Shown here in pieces: positions 1 to 11,526 of a DNA stretch of 64,000 bases. This DNA comes from Chlorokybus atmophyticus. Taxonomy: Eukaryota > Plantae > Mesostigma and Chlorokybus algae. The DNA is taken from positions 3,703-67,702 of the forward strand of contig RHPI01002220.1 in the NCBI GenBank assembly GCA_009103225.1, read 5' to 3'. Under the pieces are notes generated by a model. The model did not search any database and was not told the DNA's origin. It worked only from the letters and a program-made list of their open reading frames with translations. A program made the translations under genes and the position numbers. The first letter of the stretch is position 1; each line of letters opens with the position of its first letter.

Positions 1-2
1 TC

Positions 3-917
3 AGCCGCTTTGGCAGCTGCGCCGAGGTCATCACCGACCAAGGTACTGAGTTCAGAGGGGAATTCGACACCCTTTTGGACAAATGTTACATCGACCACCG
101 CCGTACCTCGCGTGACCACCCCCAAGCCGACGGCCTCGCCGAGCGAACGGTACAGACCATCAAGAAGGCACTCCGCAAATACGTGTTGGAGTACAAGAAG
201 GACACTTGGGATGACCACCTACCATGGGTGGCCCTTGGGTATCGGTTGTCAAAACAGGCAGCTCTGAGGGAGTACAGCCCGTACTACCTGTTGTTTGGGC
301 GGCCACCATTGCTCCCCTTCCGTGCGCAACAGGAGGTGGATCGCGTCGTGAACAACCTCGACGACCCTGACTGGATGCACCACGACATCACCACGCGCGC
401 CGCACTTTTCGAGCGCACCGTCCCCATGGCCTTCAACAATCTGCGCATCGCGCAGCATCGCGACACGCTGCGCTACGAGCGCGTACGTAGCGGCTTTTAC
501 AAGGAGCGCCAACGGCGATTCCAAGCGGGGGACCTTGCCTATCGTATGGCAGCCACCAAAGACACGCTTGACACCTCCGTAAGCCGCACCGTCTACAAGG
601 TACTCAAAGTGTACCCCACAGGGGTGCTGGACCTCCTTGGTCAAAACGGAGAAAGGTTGAAGGACAACATGGTGAACTGTGCGCCATGTCACCTCCCTTA
701 CGTAGCTGGCTTCGGGCGTATCCAGCACCCTCGTCCTGCGCGCAGCACCCGCTGTGAACACTGCGGCAGCGCCGGCGACGACGCACTTATGATGCTCTGC
801 GATGGCTGCAACAAAGGCCTGCATTGCTACTGCCTGGAGCCACCGTTGGACACGATACCTATGGAAGAATATTGGTGCGACGACTGCCGTACCAACGGCC
901 CTCCTCACTTGCGCTAG
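3..917 (+). CDS. Retrotransposon integrase (5'-partial) with C-terminal PHD finger
   Basis: Open frame with RFG..VITDQGTEF and HPQADGLAERTVQTIKKALRK (rve core), YSPYYLLFGRPP (GPY/F region), and C4HC3 PHD CEHC..LCDGCNKGLHCYCLEPPL..W-CDDC at 753-887. Confidence 0.93.
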   Translation, partial: SRFGSCAEVITDQGTEFRGEFDTLLDKCYIDHRRTSRDHPQADGLAERTVQTIKKALRKYVLEYKKDTWDDHLPWVALGYRLSKQAALREYSPYYLLFGRPPLLPFRAQQEVDRVVNNLDDPDWMHHDITTRAALFERTVPMAFNNLRIAQHRDTLRYERVRSGFYKERQRRFQAGDLAYRMAATKDTLDTSVSRTVYKVLKVYPTGVLDLLGQNGERLKDNMVNCAPCHLPYVAGFGRIQHPRPARSTRCEHCGSAGDDALMMLCDGCNKGLHCYCLEPPLDTIPMEEYWCDDCRTNGPPHLR

Positions 918-968
918 TAGCTGAGCTCTGGAGCTGGAACCTTCCCCAGAGCCCAGGGGGGGGTGGCT

Positions 969-1205
969 TGTTGACTTTGTATGCTACAACACAACATGTT
1001 CTTAGGGAAAACACCGACTCCACCTGCCCGTACTACTCAGCAGCAGCACCCCAGCTGCACGAAGCACTTGTCACCTTGAGGGGGGAGGTCATCTTTCTGT
1101 TCTTGCTACGCGTCACCCAGGTGGCGCAGCAGCATGTCCAGCACAATATGGCTGTCCATGCAGCTGTCCGAGACAGCGTGACCCTCGACTCCCCTCGACC
1201 CGACA
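969..1205 (+). repeat. 3' LTR (~237 bp)
   Basis: Starts TGTTG immediately after the PPT and ends CCCGACA. The sequence after 1205 is the interrupted pol of a second element. Confidence 0.7.
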
Positions 1206-1860
1206 AATCAGTCCCTTTTCCAATAACTCTTGATTTAAAATTCCATTTCCCCCCTCTCGTTGGGGCTTAACCTATATATTGGTCGAAATGGAGGCTCACT
1301 ACCAGGAATTCAAGGTATTGTGTGTCCGACACCTCGATCAGGGGGCAAGCCTGGCAACTCATCTGAGAAAACATCTATTTATTTCTCAATGATGTCCGCT
1401 ACACCTGTATTTCCGGGTACGACATCATCACTTGATGTCAAATGTACAAGAAAAGACGATGTGTTTTTACGCAATACACGTTTCACTTGCAGTGCAGTGA
1501 GTAGCGCAGGGTCCGTTTGCTTGTGTTTCAAGCTATGCGACCCTTTTACGGACATTGTAATCCGGTTGCGCCTCTTTTTCACTATGCACATTCGTGCACC
1601 AATGTCATTCAAAATCATCTTGCCATTTCTGCCCTTGTACGACATCAACACCAAGTATGTTGATAGATACCACAATGCAAGTCAAATTGGCATGTTAATT
1701 ACCAATCTTTACTTTCAATCTGATTTCAACTTTCACTGATAACGAGGCCCCCGCACCAGCTGATGAAAATGGTGAGGGTTTGCAAGCTATCTTATTGCGC
1801 ACATCCCATTGTTTCTCAGCAAAGTTATGGGTCGCTCATGTGTCAATCAAAAACGAACTA
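1206..1860 (-). pseudogene. Degenerate retrotransposon protease / RT-linker fragment
   Basis: Catalytic DTG reads DT-TGA(stop); further in-frame stops and a frameshift occur before ELLEKGLI. Confidence 0.85.
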
Positions 1861-2289
1861 GTGATACCCTGTTATGTGCCTGCAGATGTCCACAGCAGCC
1901 GTAATACCGAGTCCTTGAAATGTAGCCAAGATTCCGTGACTGATGCGAGGGTTAATCAGTATTGCCGACATCCTCATCGTCCCTGTTTCACACTTTGTGA
2001 ATTGCTTCAACACAGTCCCCCCCCGAGTATGTTTTTACCATGGCCCAAGATAGTTAAGCACCATCACCACCATACTCAGAGTCTTGTGTTTACCTTGCAG
2101 CTCACACAAAGTGCGCAATACATTTGCAATATATTCTACATGCACCAGGACACACAAGCATTATCCCCCACTTTTTCAGCGTCAAAAAGTGGCAACTTGT
2201 CATGTGCTTACCATGCATGTGTTGCTACATGCACACGCGACAACTCATCACACCAATTTGCACATGTAGCTCTAGCAGTTGGCCACTAG

Positions 2290-3849
2290 CTGATGCTATA
2301 TCAGTCACGACGTAATTCTATTGAATCTTCTTGGCCTTGCCCTTCCTTCTGGTTGGGCAGTTCTTTGCAATGTAACCCGGCTGATGACGCACATAACAGG
2401 CGCGCCGCCGAAGGCGCACCGCCAGCGGCAGCTGCGGGGTGTGAATGTCTTGGCCTTCTTTGCCGCATGCGCACTTGGTGGGGGGAATCGCTTTCCCCCT
2501 CCCTGCGGCTTGGTCGAAGCTGTCACGTGCGACTTGTCCCGCACAGCCGCAGAATCATCATCGTACAACAAGACACTCAACCTCTGCACGGTCGCGAAAT
2601 CATTGGGCACCGAAGGCTTTTTCGTGGATGTGTTGTACTGCTGATCGCGTCGACGCGCATCCAACCCGCGCTTGTAGTTGGCGAACTGCTCAGCCTTGCC
2701 CATAGGCATAAGTTCACTGTTTCCGCAGCCAACCAATGCCTGGAACTCTTGCAAATAGACTGAGTCCGCTTTGCCATTCTGCCGCAGCTTGCTGAGCTTG
2801 TTGCAAGCAGCAGCGGCCGGGTCTATGCCACCATAGCGCTCCACCATGAACTGGAACAGTGCCTCCACTGTCTTGGGAGCACCATTCGCACTCTGTCTCG
2901 CCCACTCAATCAACACATTAAGTGGCATGAGCAACTCAGCAACAGCAATGTGCTCAGTGATTGGGCGCTGAAATGCTGCCAAGTACCGCTCAACAGTCAC
3001 CACCCAATCATGAATGTTGACAGTCCCGTCACGGAGCCCAACGGTTGGGCTTGAACTTTTCAGGCTTGTTCAGTGATGTGACAGGCATCAGGATGATCCT
3101 CGCCGATGTACCACCCACTGTTGTCGCAGCTCCAGCCACTTGCCGACGTAGAGCCACCAACTCAGCCTGCATCGCGTCAAGGCGCGCCGTCAACCGTTCC
3201 TCACGAGCCGAGCGTCCTTCCAAGTTAGGCCCAAGCTTCCACAATAGATCCTTGCAGCGTTTTTGAGTCTCTACTGTCAACATGGCCCAAGCCTCAAACG
3301 CCACCCTATTACCCGGGAATGGGCCTGGTTGTCCCAAGTGGCCATGAGGGTAGTTACTGCTGGATCAATGCGCACGAGTGGTGGAATGTTCTGAGTCAAC
3401 TCATGCTCGAGCATTCGGATCACCATCCCTTTGCTTGCTTGAGGAAGTGTTGCGAAGTCCGCCTCATATCCATGGCGGACTATTGCTGCCCACTTATCCC
3501 ACACTTCCTTAGTCATGCAAGGGTAGCAAGCAACAAGCTTTGCTTGCCCTTGTGCATACTTCTCAATGGCCCCATCGATGACAAGTGAAGGGTCCACAGT
3601 TGGAGCACCATGAGAGGACAAGTCGGAAGCTTTAGCACTTTCGTGCTTCGAGTTCTCCTCATCATTGCCACCCTTGGTCTCGCTCGAAGAGCTCTTCTTC
3701 ACTTCCTCCTCATCACTTGACGGCTCATATGCGGATGCGGACAAGCTTGGCATAGGGGGGTACCTTTCTGCCTTGTCCCGTTCCCCTTGGCTAAACATCT
3801 GCCCAAGAATGAAGTCGTAACTAAATGAAGTGTTCAAGTGCACAACCAC
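2290..3849 (-). pseudogene. Degenerate retrotransposon gag (frameshifted)
   Basis: Three overlapping minus-strand ORFs (3277-3849, 3029-3337, 2305-3003); the last has the retrotransposon gag motif and leads into a mutated CCHC knuckle. Confidence 0.75.
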
Positions 3850-4149
3850 ACTAGTTGTGCACTCAAAAAGTGCTGAAACTTATGGTTTCGTCCTTGTTGA
3901 TTTCAAGGTGCTATACTTGGGTAAAACAGCATGCAAAATAAGTGCCCAACACCTCTCAACAAGATGCTCGCTTGTAAACAAATCGTACGCGAATCCACGC
4001 AACGGTTCACAAGCTATAGCAAATCAAAGTTTTCACTTTATACAACCCATGGTATCTGGCCAGCTCAATTCACAACTGTAAATAACACAAAAGGTGCCAA
4101 ACTCTCGTTGAATCAGCCCTGCAGGCTGATATTGACAAGTTGTGAATCG

Positions 4150-4850
4150 TGAGTTTGATATCGATCGCTCAAAATAAATTTGGCGGCCCCACCGAATGGC
4201 GGCCAAAACAGCCCAAGTTGGCGCTAGACTGCTTCCTTGGGGTGGGAGAAGACAACATTCACAACCCCCCCTTACACCACCACGAATCCACGCGGTGGCA
4301 GCCCCAACCACGAGCACACTGATAAGTAATAGATAATGTGATTACAAGTGATGTGCTGAGATGCAATGCTTGAGGCTGCCTGAGTGGCCGCCTCCCCTTC
4401 ACACTAATAAGCTAGGCTAGGTCAGGGCAGCTAGGCTAGGCTAGGCTAGCAAGCAAACAAGCAAGCAAGGCTATGCTACACCAGCAGCAGCGACAACAAC
4501 AACAACAACCACACTAACAACTACCACTACCCACCCTAACTTATGGGTAGCACCTGCTAGTGCTGCCGCCTGGCACTGCTCAGTGCCGCCGCCTGCTGCC
4601 GTCTCACTGCCGCTGCTCCTGCCATCACCAGAGCCGCCGCCCCCACAGCCCTTCACGCCCTGACTCCGATGCCAAATGTAAGAGAGAGGGTGTGCTATCA
4701 CCCCCTTTTATCCCTACCCCAACACCGCTACGAGCCACGCCGACACCGCCGCCGCCGCCGTCAGGGCCGCTGCCAGAGAGAACATCCTCTGGCTATGGAT
4801 ATGGCAGCTGCTGCGTTAGCAGCGCCGCCATGCGGTTGATATCATGAGAC
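4150..4850 (-). repeat. Possible 5' LTR/leader of the decayed Ty3 element, with simple repeats
   Basis: Directly upstream of gag, with (GCTAG)n, (CAA)n and (GCC)n tracts. No clear PBS or LTR boundary was found. Confidence 0.3.
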
Positions 4851-6926
4851 TCATGTTTTATGTTGATATCAGTGTTACAAGTGACTAACATTACATTAGG
4901 GCCTTCACACTAGGTTAACGGCCTTAATTTGGCTTAATTGGCTGTATATACCCGTTGGGACCCTTATGTAATCATAAATACTTAATCTTAAATAAGGGCG
5001 GGGAACCTCTATGGAGGTAGCACACCGTTACATTTGTGCTTTTTACGCAGCGCTCAGCAATTGCGTTTTCAACTAACGCGACCACCTGGCTTATGTATCG
5101 TTAAAATTGACGCATTGCGGCGTAACGGTTGTGCATGATACCAAATCAATATAGTGACTTCAAAGCAATCTACTACTTCCATATACGAAAATTCCTTTCA
5201 TTAATGTGCTTATCAAACACGATCTTTTTCAACGTTCTGTTGGCGGTATAAAAAACAGTTATACAGGCTACTGTGAGAGGGGTTTGAACGGTAACGATTA
5301 GTAGTGTGCGGTTCGAGTAAGCGAAATCTGTTTATCCCAACAATTCAAGATGGAATGTAACTGTTCCTTATATACATTCATATGCGGCCATATGTGTAAT
5401 ACACAATCAATCTGCTGCTTTATTTCACCATATAGTATCTATGGTAAGATATATACTGTTAGAACATTTTCAACTGAACAATATGCTGTCACATGTGGCC
5501 ATTGCACACGGTGTGCATACCGGGGTACTGTGCCCATGATTGTCATTAATGTATTGGCATATATTTGAGCTAATGCGTGATGTCGAGATGTGCTTTAGAC
5601 GGCCATGCTCTTGTCTTTGGCAGATCCAAACGGTTCAATGCTAGTACTCGCCGCCCAGCCAATGAGAGGCAGCAGGTCGCGCACACTACCGCGCAGCTCG
5701 GCAATCGCGAGTGCCATGTGTGATGGCCCTTTGCGCACGTGTGTTGTGTAAGTGACCTTGCTTGCGTGACGGCCGGCAAGCCGGACCAACCAGCCGCACC
5801 ACTAGTTTCTGCATCCGATCCAATCCCATACAGTAGTAATTGAGGTCGTGTTGATGCTATTTATAAAAATTGTTTTATTTATACATGAGTCATCATGAGT
5901 CATCATCATATATGTGTGTATGTATGTATGTATGCAAACATTGAATGTATTATGTTTTCTTCCAAGCGTAAAACTCAAGGTCTACCATCAAGGATTGTCA
6001 ACATGTTTAATCGTAACGTATTCAGCTTAAACTCAAGCAAAAATGCAATATGAGCACATGTGCTTGACGATAAGATAATAATGTACGGCTACGAATTGTT
6101 TGGAATTTAACCTAAAGAACGGTAGCGAAGCCAAAAGCGACTTTTTATTACAAGTTCCAAGCAAAGACTAGCTACAGAACCATGCACTGTAATTATTTGG
6201 CTGATGTGGCAGCAAATTGACGAAATAAAAACCACATGCTCAACGCGAGGCGCGCGTGAACAGTTCATGTCTTTACAGTGTACGTTTTTGCAGGACAACA
6301 TGTCTGCGCATTGATGCAGCACCGTGTGACATTACTGTAACGTGTAAGATTAACATCGTCAACACTCAAAGCCAGACCTTAACACTCAATGTCAAACCAT
6401 TACATTAGTAGCAGCTTGCAAAGCGCAATGCAAATTAGAGTTCATGCACATGTGTGACCCACACCTGCAAGCAACACCGATGATCATGTGCAGCTAGCAG
6501 AGCACCAAATGCAGTCACACATGCCCGTACACAAGCATACGAGCAACGTGCAGTCCCATGATATGCACACGTGTACAAGGGCTATGCTCAACACAACATG
6601 CAAGGGGCAGAACCGCCTGAACGACGGACAAGCGGAGACTTGTTGTCAGACATGAAGCACTTGGCTGGCGAGGGTTTCGTCACCAAGTGCAGCAAGGACA
6701 GGCGACCTTCTTTCCAGCAGCACCTTCGCGCCAACACACGCACAACACCAGCACCATGGCACCAGTACCACCCTCATCAGGAGGGAGAGGAAGGCCCCTT
6801 CAACAACTAAGCCAAGCACCCCAATCTCATAGCAAGTTAGCACCCGATTGAGTGCCAGAGACATTCTGGCTTAGCATTTAGTGTTCCTCCACTATTGCCT
6901 TCCCATCTGGCCACACGCTCAGCCGC

Positions 6927-6961
6927 TGAGTAACTTACTCAACGATTGAGTAAGTTACTCA
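6927..6961. repeat. Perfect 16-bp inverted repeat with 3-nt loop
   Basis: TGAGTAACTTACTCAA-CGA-TTGAGTAAGTTACTCA. Confidence 0.9.
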
Positions 6962-8147
6962 ACGAGCCTGGCCTCATTGGTTAGCGTTTGCTAACACAAA
7001 CTTATCTCTTAGCCACACAAGTCCTCAAGAGACAACATGCACATATGCCAGTGGCATATGTGCATGTTGATGTAACAACATGTATGTTGTTAGATCAACT
7101 TGCACATGTGACACTCATTTACAACATGTTTTGTCAAGAGACACCGAACAGCTCCGTGCTAGCTGCTTATCAGTGTGTTGCACAGTTTATTTCGCCCACG
7201 ACGCAAGGAGCACAAGGGCTGGTTGCATGAGCGCACCACTTATGTACTGCACACATCTAAGCAGTGGCCACTCCATGGAACTCCCGTACAACCATGCTGT
7301 CATGTGTTGCAACATAGCAGATGAGAGTGATCATGCCTTGCCTGTGAGGCGTGACAACTACACCATTTCCAGCTCATACTACCTGACGTCTTGCATATGG
7401 CACATGTGGGAGCTTGTCACAATCACAATCACAACAGTAACAACCCAATGTGATATCGCACCATCAACGTCGTCGTCCAAGTCATGATGGTCGTCGTTTG
7501 CTGCTCCTCCCGTGCCAAGGACCTAACGCCTACGCCGTTGCTGCCCAGGTGGTGCATCCAGTCATACCCTACCCTGCCTTGCCCTGCACTACCCTCCCTG
7601 CTTGTGTTGGTCTAGCTAGCTAGATGTTGTTGTTGAGCGTTAATCTAGGCCCCCTTAATTGTCTTTCTTGCCATGTTACCTGCTCTTGTGATTTGCTGCG
7701 TATGCGTGCACTGCTGCCTTCACATCTTCCGAGCGCTATACATACCACTCACAAGGGTGTTTGCTATATTACACTTGCATGTGTGATCGTTAAGCATAAG
7801 TATTCAGCAAGATGCAAAATGATTTCACTCATGTACTCATGTTTGTCTTGTATGTCAACAAGCGCAGCGGGCGCAAGTGATAGCGAATCGATTTTACAAT
7901 ACTGAACAACCTGTAACATGGACACGGATGCATGCGATTGTAGTATTATTGTAATTTACAATGTGTTGAATAATAACATGGAGTAGATTTGCTGCAGCAA
8001 AAAGCCGATCTGGTGTCTGTATAATGTAGGCCAGCACGTTATAAGTACCCTTCAAATCCATGGCACAACATTTCAAAAGAGACTGGGAGCACTCAACTCC
8101 AAAAAACGTTTCCCAAGGTGTGTGTGTGGAGGGGGGCGGGGGGGGGG

Positions 8148-8287
8148 NNNNNNNNNNNNNNNNNNNNNNNNNNNNNNNNNNNNNNNNNNNNNNNNNNNNN
8201 NNNNNNNNNNNNNNNNNNNNNNNNNNNNNNNNNNNNNNNNNNNNNNNNNNNNNNNNNNNNNNNNNNNNNNNNNNNNNNNNNNNNNNN
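8148..8287. other. Assembly gap (N run)
   Basis: N run preceded by poly-G. Confidence 1.
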
Positions 8288-8366
8288 ATCCATGTCACAC
8301 CCAAAACTGCCATGAAGGCCGCTGCATCACCATGGCCACTCCAAGTTGCAAAGCCCCTGGTGTCAC

Positions 8367-10807
8367 TTAGGCAGGGATGAGCTGTTTATCAACCTCATGT
8401 CGCCAGGGCAAGCTAGGCATGGCGCCCAATTGCTGGATGCACAGGGCTGCAGCCACAGCTGCACACATACAATGTCAGTGACTGGTTGACGACCAAACGA
8501 GCACAAGCATGCAACGCGAATGCATGCACTTACATGCAAACTGCAAAGCCTCCTGCGGTGACTTGCCCTGCAGAAGAGCCACCGCGTACGCTGCCGTGAA
8601 GCAATCGCCCGCACCTGTTGTGTCTACAACTCTCTGCACCTTCACGGCTTCCTGCATAACACACAACTGGTTACTTCTAACGTACTTGATCTATTTACTT
8701 GCGACGCATTCACCGAGACAGCACCTGTTGTAGAACTGTAACACCACCTCCCTCATCCCGTCGTACAAGCAATGAACCCTTGGAGCCAAGCTTCACCAGT
8801 ACTTGCTGCAGATTCTGCACACAGAATTGTCACGAGGTAACACATGCGAGCAGATGACGCCAAGCGCATGTGCATGCGAGCGTGCAGATGACGCGCATAA
8901 AGATGTGGCCATTAAGCCTGTGACACGCATATGGAGACCATCACAATAACATATTGTGTCCGTGCTAGCAGCACACTCCCTTCAGCGTGCACGAAGAAAC
9001 CCACGCACACAATTGTGTGTGTTGTGTGTGCACGAAACCTATGCTGCTGTCAGATACCACAGTCAGAGTATGAGCGTACATCCTCGTATTGCAGCAGAAG
9101 TTTAGCCGCCTCCACGGCATCCTTTGCTGAATCAACATTCCGCCCTGTGAGACGCGACAACTCGGTCTCGTTAGGGCTCAGGATGGTAACGAGACGCAGC
9201 AGCTCTTGGCTGGGAGGTTCATCTGAGCCGCCTGCATCCAGAACAACTTCTGCTCCCGCAGCCCGTGCTATCTGAACAAGATCGCAAGGAGACATTAGAG
9301 AGGGAAGCGAAGGACAAGATGCTTCAGTGTGCCAGAGTATGTATGTGGCAACGTATTGTCCATGGCACATGTTACGCTCGATTGTGCGGAAACTGAGTAT
9401 GGTAGTTTGGGAGCTGCTTCGATGTATAAAAAGCAAGCGACCAACCATCTGAAAGATATGACTAGGACAGTAGTGAACTCACAACGCCCAACTTGCTTGG
9501 ATAAAGCTGCCATCTTTAGCCAGGCCATACCTGAGCACTGGAGATGTTGACCGACTCCGGTATCTCCATTTGTAGAAGAACCACGCCTGCGTTACTGAGC
9601 AGCTCATGCGTAGACGGCGAGACTGCCTCCCATGCCTGGTTTGCGCCACCCACAAGCAGAATAGAGTTCTCCCCTCCTGCCTACATATCGTTAACATACC
9701 AGAAACACTATTTCACCCACAGTGCGACCAGCATGTTACATTCCGCTTCAAACATACCTGGAGCAGTATTACAGCAAGCCCGGTTGCGCCATCGACTGAG
9801 GCCACGTGACTTAGGCCAACCTCAGCAGAAGTTAGAGACTCGCGCAGAAAGTCACCATAGGTGTCACTGCCAACCTGCATGTGCACATGCCAAAAGTTAG
9901 TCAGGATTTTGCTTGGTTCACGTGCCGACTGCTCAGCCGGTACAGGCGACACCATGACTACCCTTGCATATCGTGGTATTGAGGTTCGCAGGAAAGGTTG
10001 CATACATTACGTATGCATGACAACTGAGTGAAGCAAAACGTAAGATGATGAGCTACAGCTGTTTCTGACCTGACCTATCATGTAAGTTGGCCAGCCCAGT
10101 TTTCCAGCAGCAGCAGCTTGGTTGGCGCCCTTGCCACCAGCGCGCATCTCGCCGCCTCGGCTGGGCAGCGTCTCTCCCGGACGTGGCATGCGGTGAATCT
10201 CGATGTAGAGGTCCGCGTTCAACGAGCCCACAACGACCAGGGGACGGGGCGGTTCCGGTGCACCTGCGCAACCAACCATGTGCTGCGGATGAGGTACTCG
10301 CTATCAGCAAGCACTCCTTGCACAGCCACTATGTGTATGACGGCATTGCCGGGTGTTGCAGTAATATCGTAACCAGTGACAATAACTGCTCAGTTGCAGT
10401 TGTAACTAGGTATATACCGGTGGTTTTCAATCATGCAACAACCTCATGTGTATACAGTGTGTAAGTAAGTGGATTGTCATTGTAAATGCAGCGCCTGCAA
10501 CCACCGGCGCCAGTGAGCTTAGCAACACGGCCGAAGAAGCACTCGGTATGGTGCACATTCTGCGCAACGCGCATTGCTGGATGATTGTTCAAAGAAAAAT
10601 GTAGCAGCAATTGAACGTATTGCAAGCTGCAAGGCTGCACGCGCGTGTGTTTTTACCATGCGCGGCCATGGCAACCGCCGCTGGTGGCTGCTGATTCCGG
10701 CGCCTGAGTGCCAATAGTGCAGGCGTACATCGCAGCAAGCGCCCACGCCGGGGGTCGGATATCCCGATTATAGCTCCGGCGTACGTCGGCGCCAACACCG
10801 AGGCCAT
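8367..10807 (-). CDS. RBSK: Ribokinase (PfkB family), probably plastid-targeted, multi-exon
   Basis: Exons give VVVGSLNADL..GGKGANQAAAAGKLG, GSDTYGDFL, VLLQMEIP, LDAGG, ILSPNETEL, VLVKLGSKGS, VVDTTGAGDCFTAAYA, ending GAMPSLPWRHEVDKQLIPA*. N-terminal MASVLAP..RRR transit-like exon, ATG at 10807. Confidence 0.93.
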
Positions 10808-11526
10808 GACCACCACCGCCGCTGCTAACAGCGACAATGCCAACAATCTCACCCACAAGCGTCATGCTGGGAATAGCGTCACGCTTAGGCTGAGATCTTA
10901 TCCAGAGGCATGACGCTGACGGGGCAACAAAGTGACGCTGACGGCGTCACAGACGCTGCCATGCTGCGTAAGCTGCGTTGGCGCTTTGCGCTGACTGTAG
11001 GCGCAACCTACCGGTTGTAAACTTCTTACATGTCCGGTAACGTCAATCACAAAGAGTGCAGGGCACCACCAGGTGACCTGCCAACTTGTGCAAAGCCGGC
11101 AAGAGAATGCGGCACAAGGCCGGAACCAAACGGTCGTCCCGTCACGGCCAGCATGTTTCAGCCTGTGCTTGTCAGCGGCGATGTAGTTGTGGGCGGCGGC
11201 GTGCTGGTAGAGGTTGTTTGGTAGAGGTCGTCGTTTCGAGGAAGCTTCTGAGGCCCGGTGTCTATGCAACAGATCTTCATGTTGTGAGTCCAAGTGACTG
11301 AGCGGTGTCGATCCTTGCGTTCTGCTGAGTAATTTACTATCCGCGGAAGGATGTGAGTGAGTGGGTGGGTGGAGCTTGGCCTGTGTCGCCTTTTGGCTTT
11401 ATTTGGGAATCTGCGTGTTTGCATGTGGGATGGCTTACTGATGGTCCTGTTGTTATGCCTGACAGTGTGTTAGCAGAGCACACGTGCAATCGTTGCAGCA
11501 GAGAGCCTCAAGCTTAACTCACTAAC

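Larger units (their letters stand above)
1..1205 (+). mobile_element. Ty3/gypsy LTR retrotransposon, 3' end (integrase-PHD, polypurine tract, 3' LTR)
   Basis: Integrase ORF ending at 917, purine tract AGGGGGGGGTGGC at 955-967, then a TGT...ACA-bounded segment 969-1205 that abuts an interrupted older pol frame. Confidence 0.9.
1206..3849 (-). mobile_element. Decayed Ty3/gypsy retrotransposon (gag, protease, start of RT region)
   Basis: Minus strand: gag KLSKLRQNGKADSVYLQEFQAL; degenerate zinc knuckle CYVRHQPGYIAKNC near 2350-2390; protease FLIDT*ATHNF near 1830-1850; pre-RT DVFSDELPGLPPDRGVGHTIP*IPGSEPPFRPIYRLSP..ELLEKGLI, cut at 1206. Confidence 0.9.

Noticed and set aside
6300-7620. Mid-GC segment examined for transposon or coding remnants
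   Set aside because: No recognisable domain motifs in any frame. Probably a decayed repeat, but it cannot be assigned.
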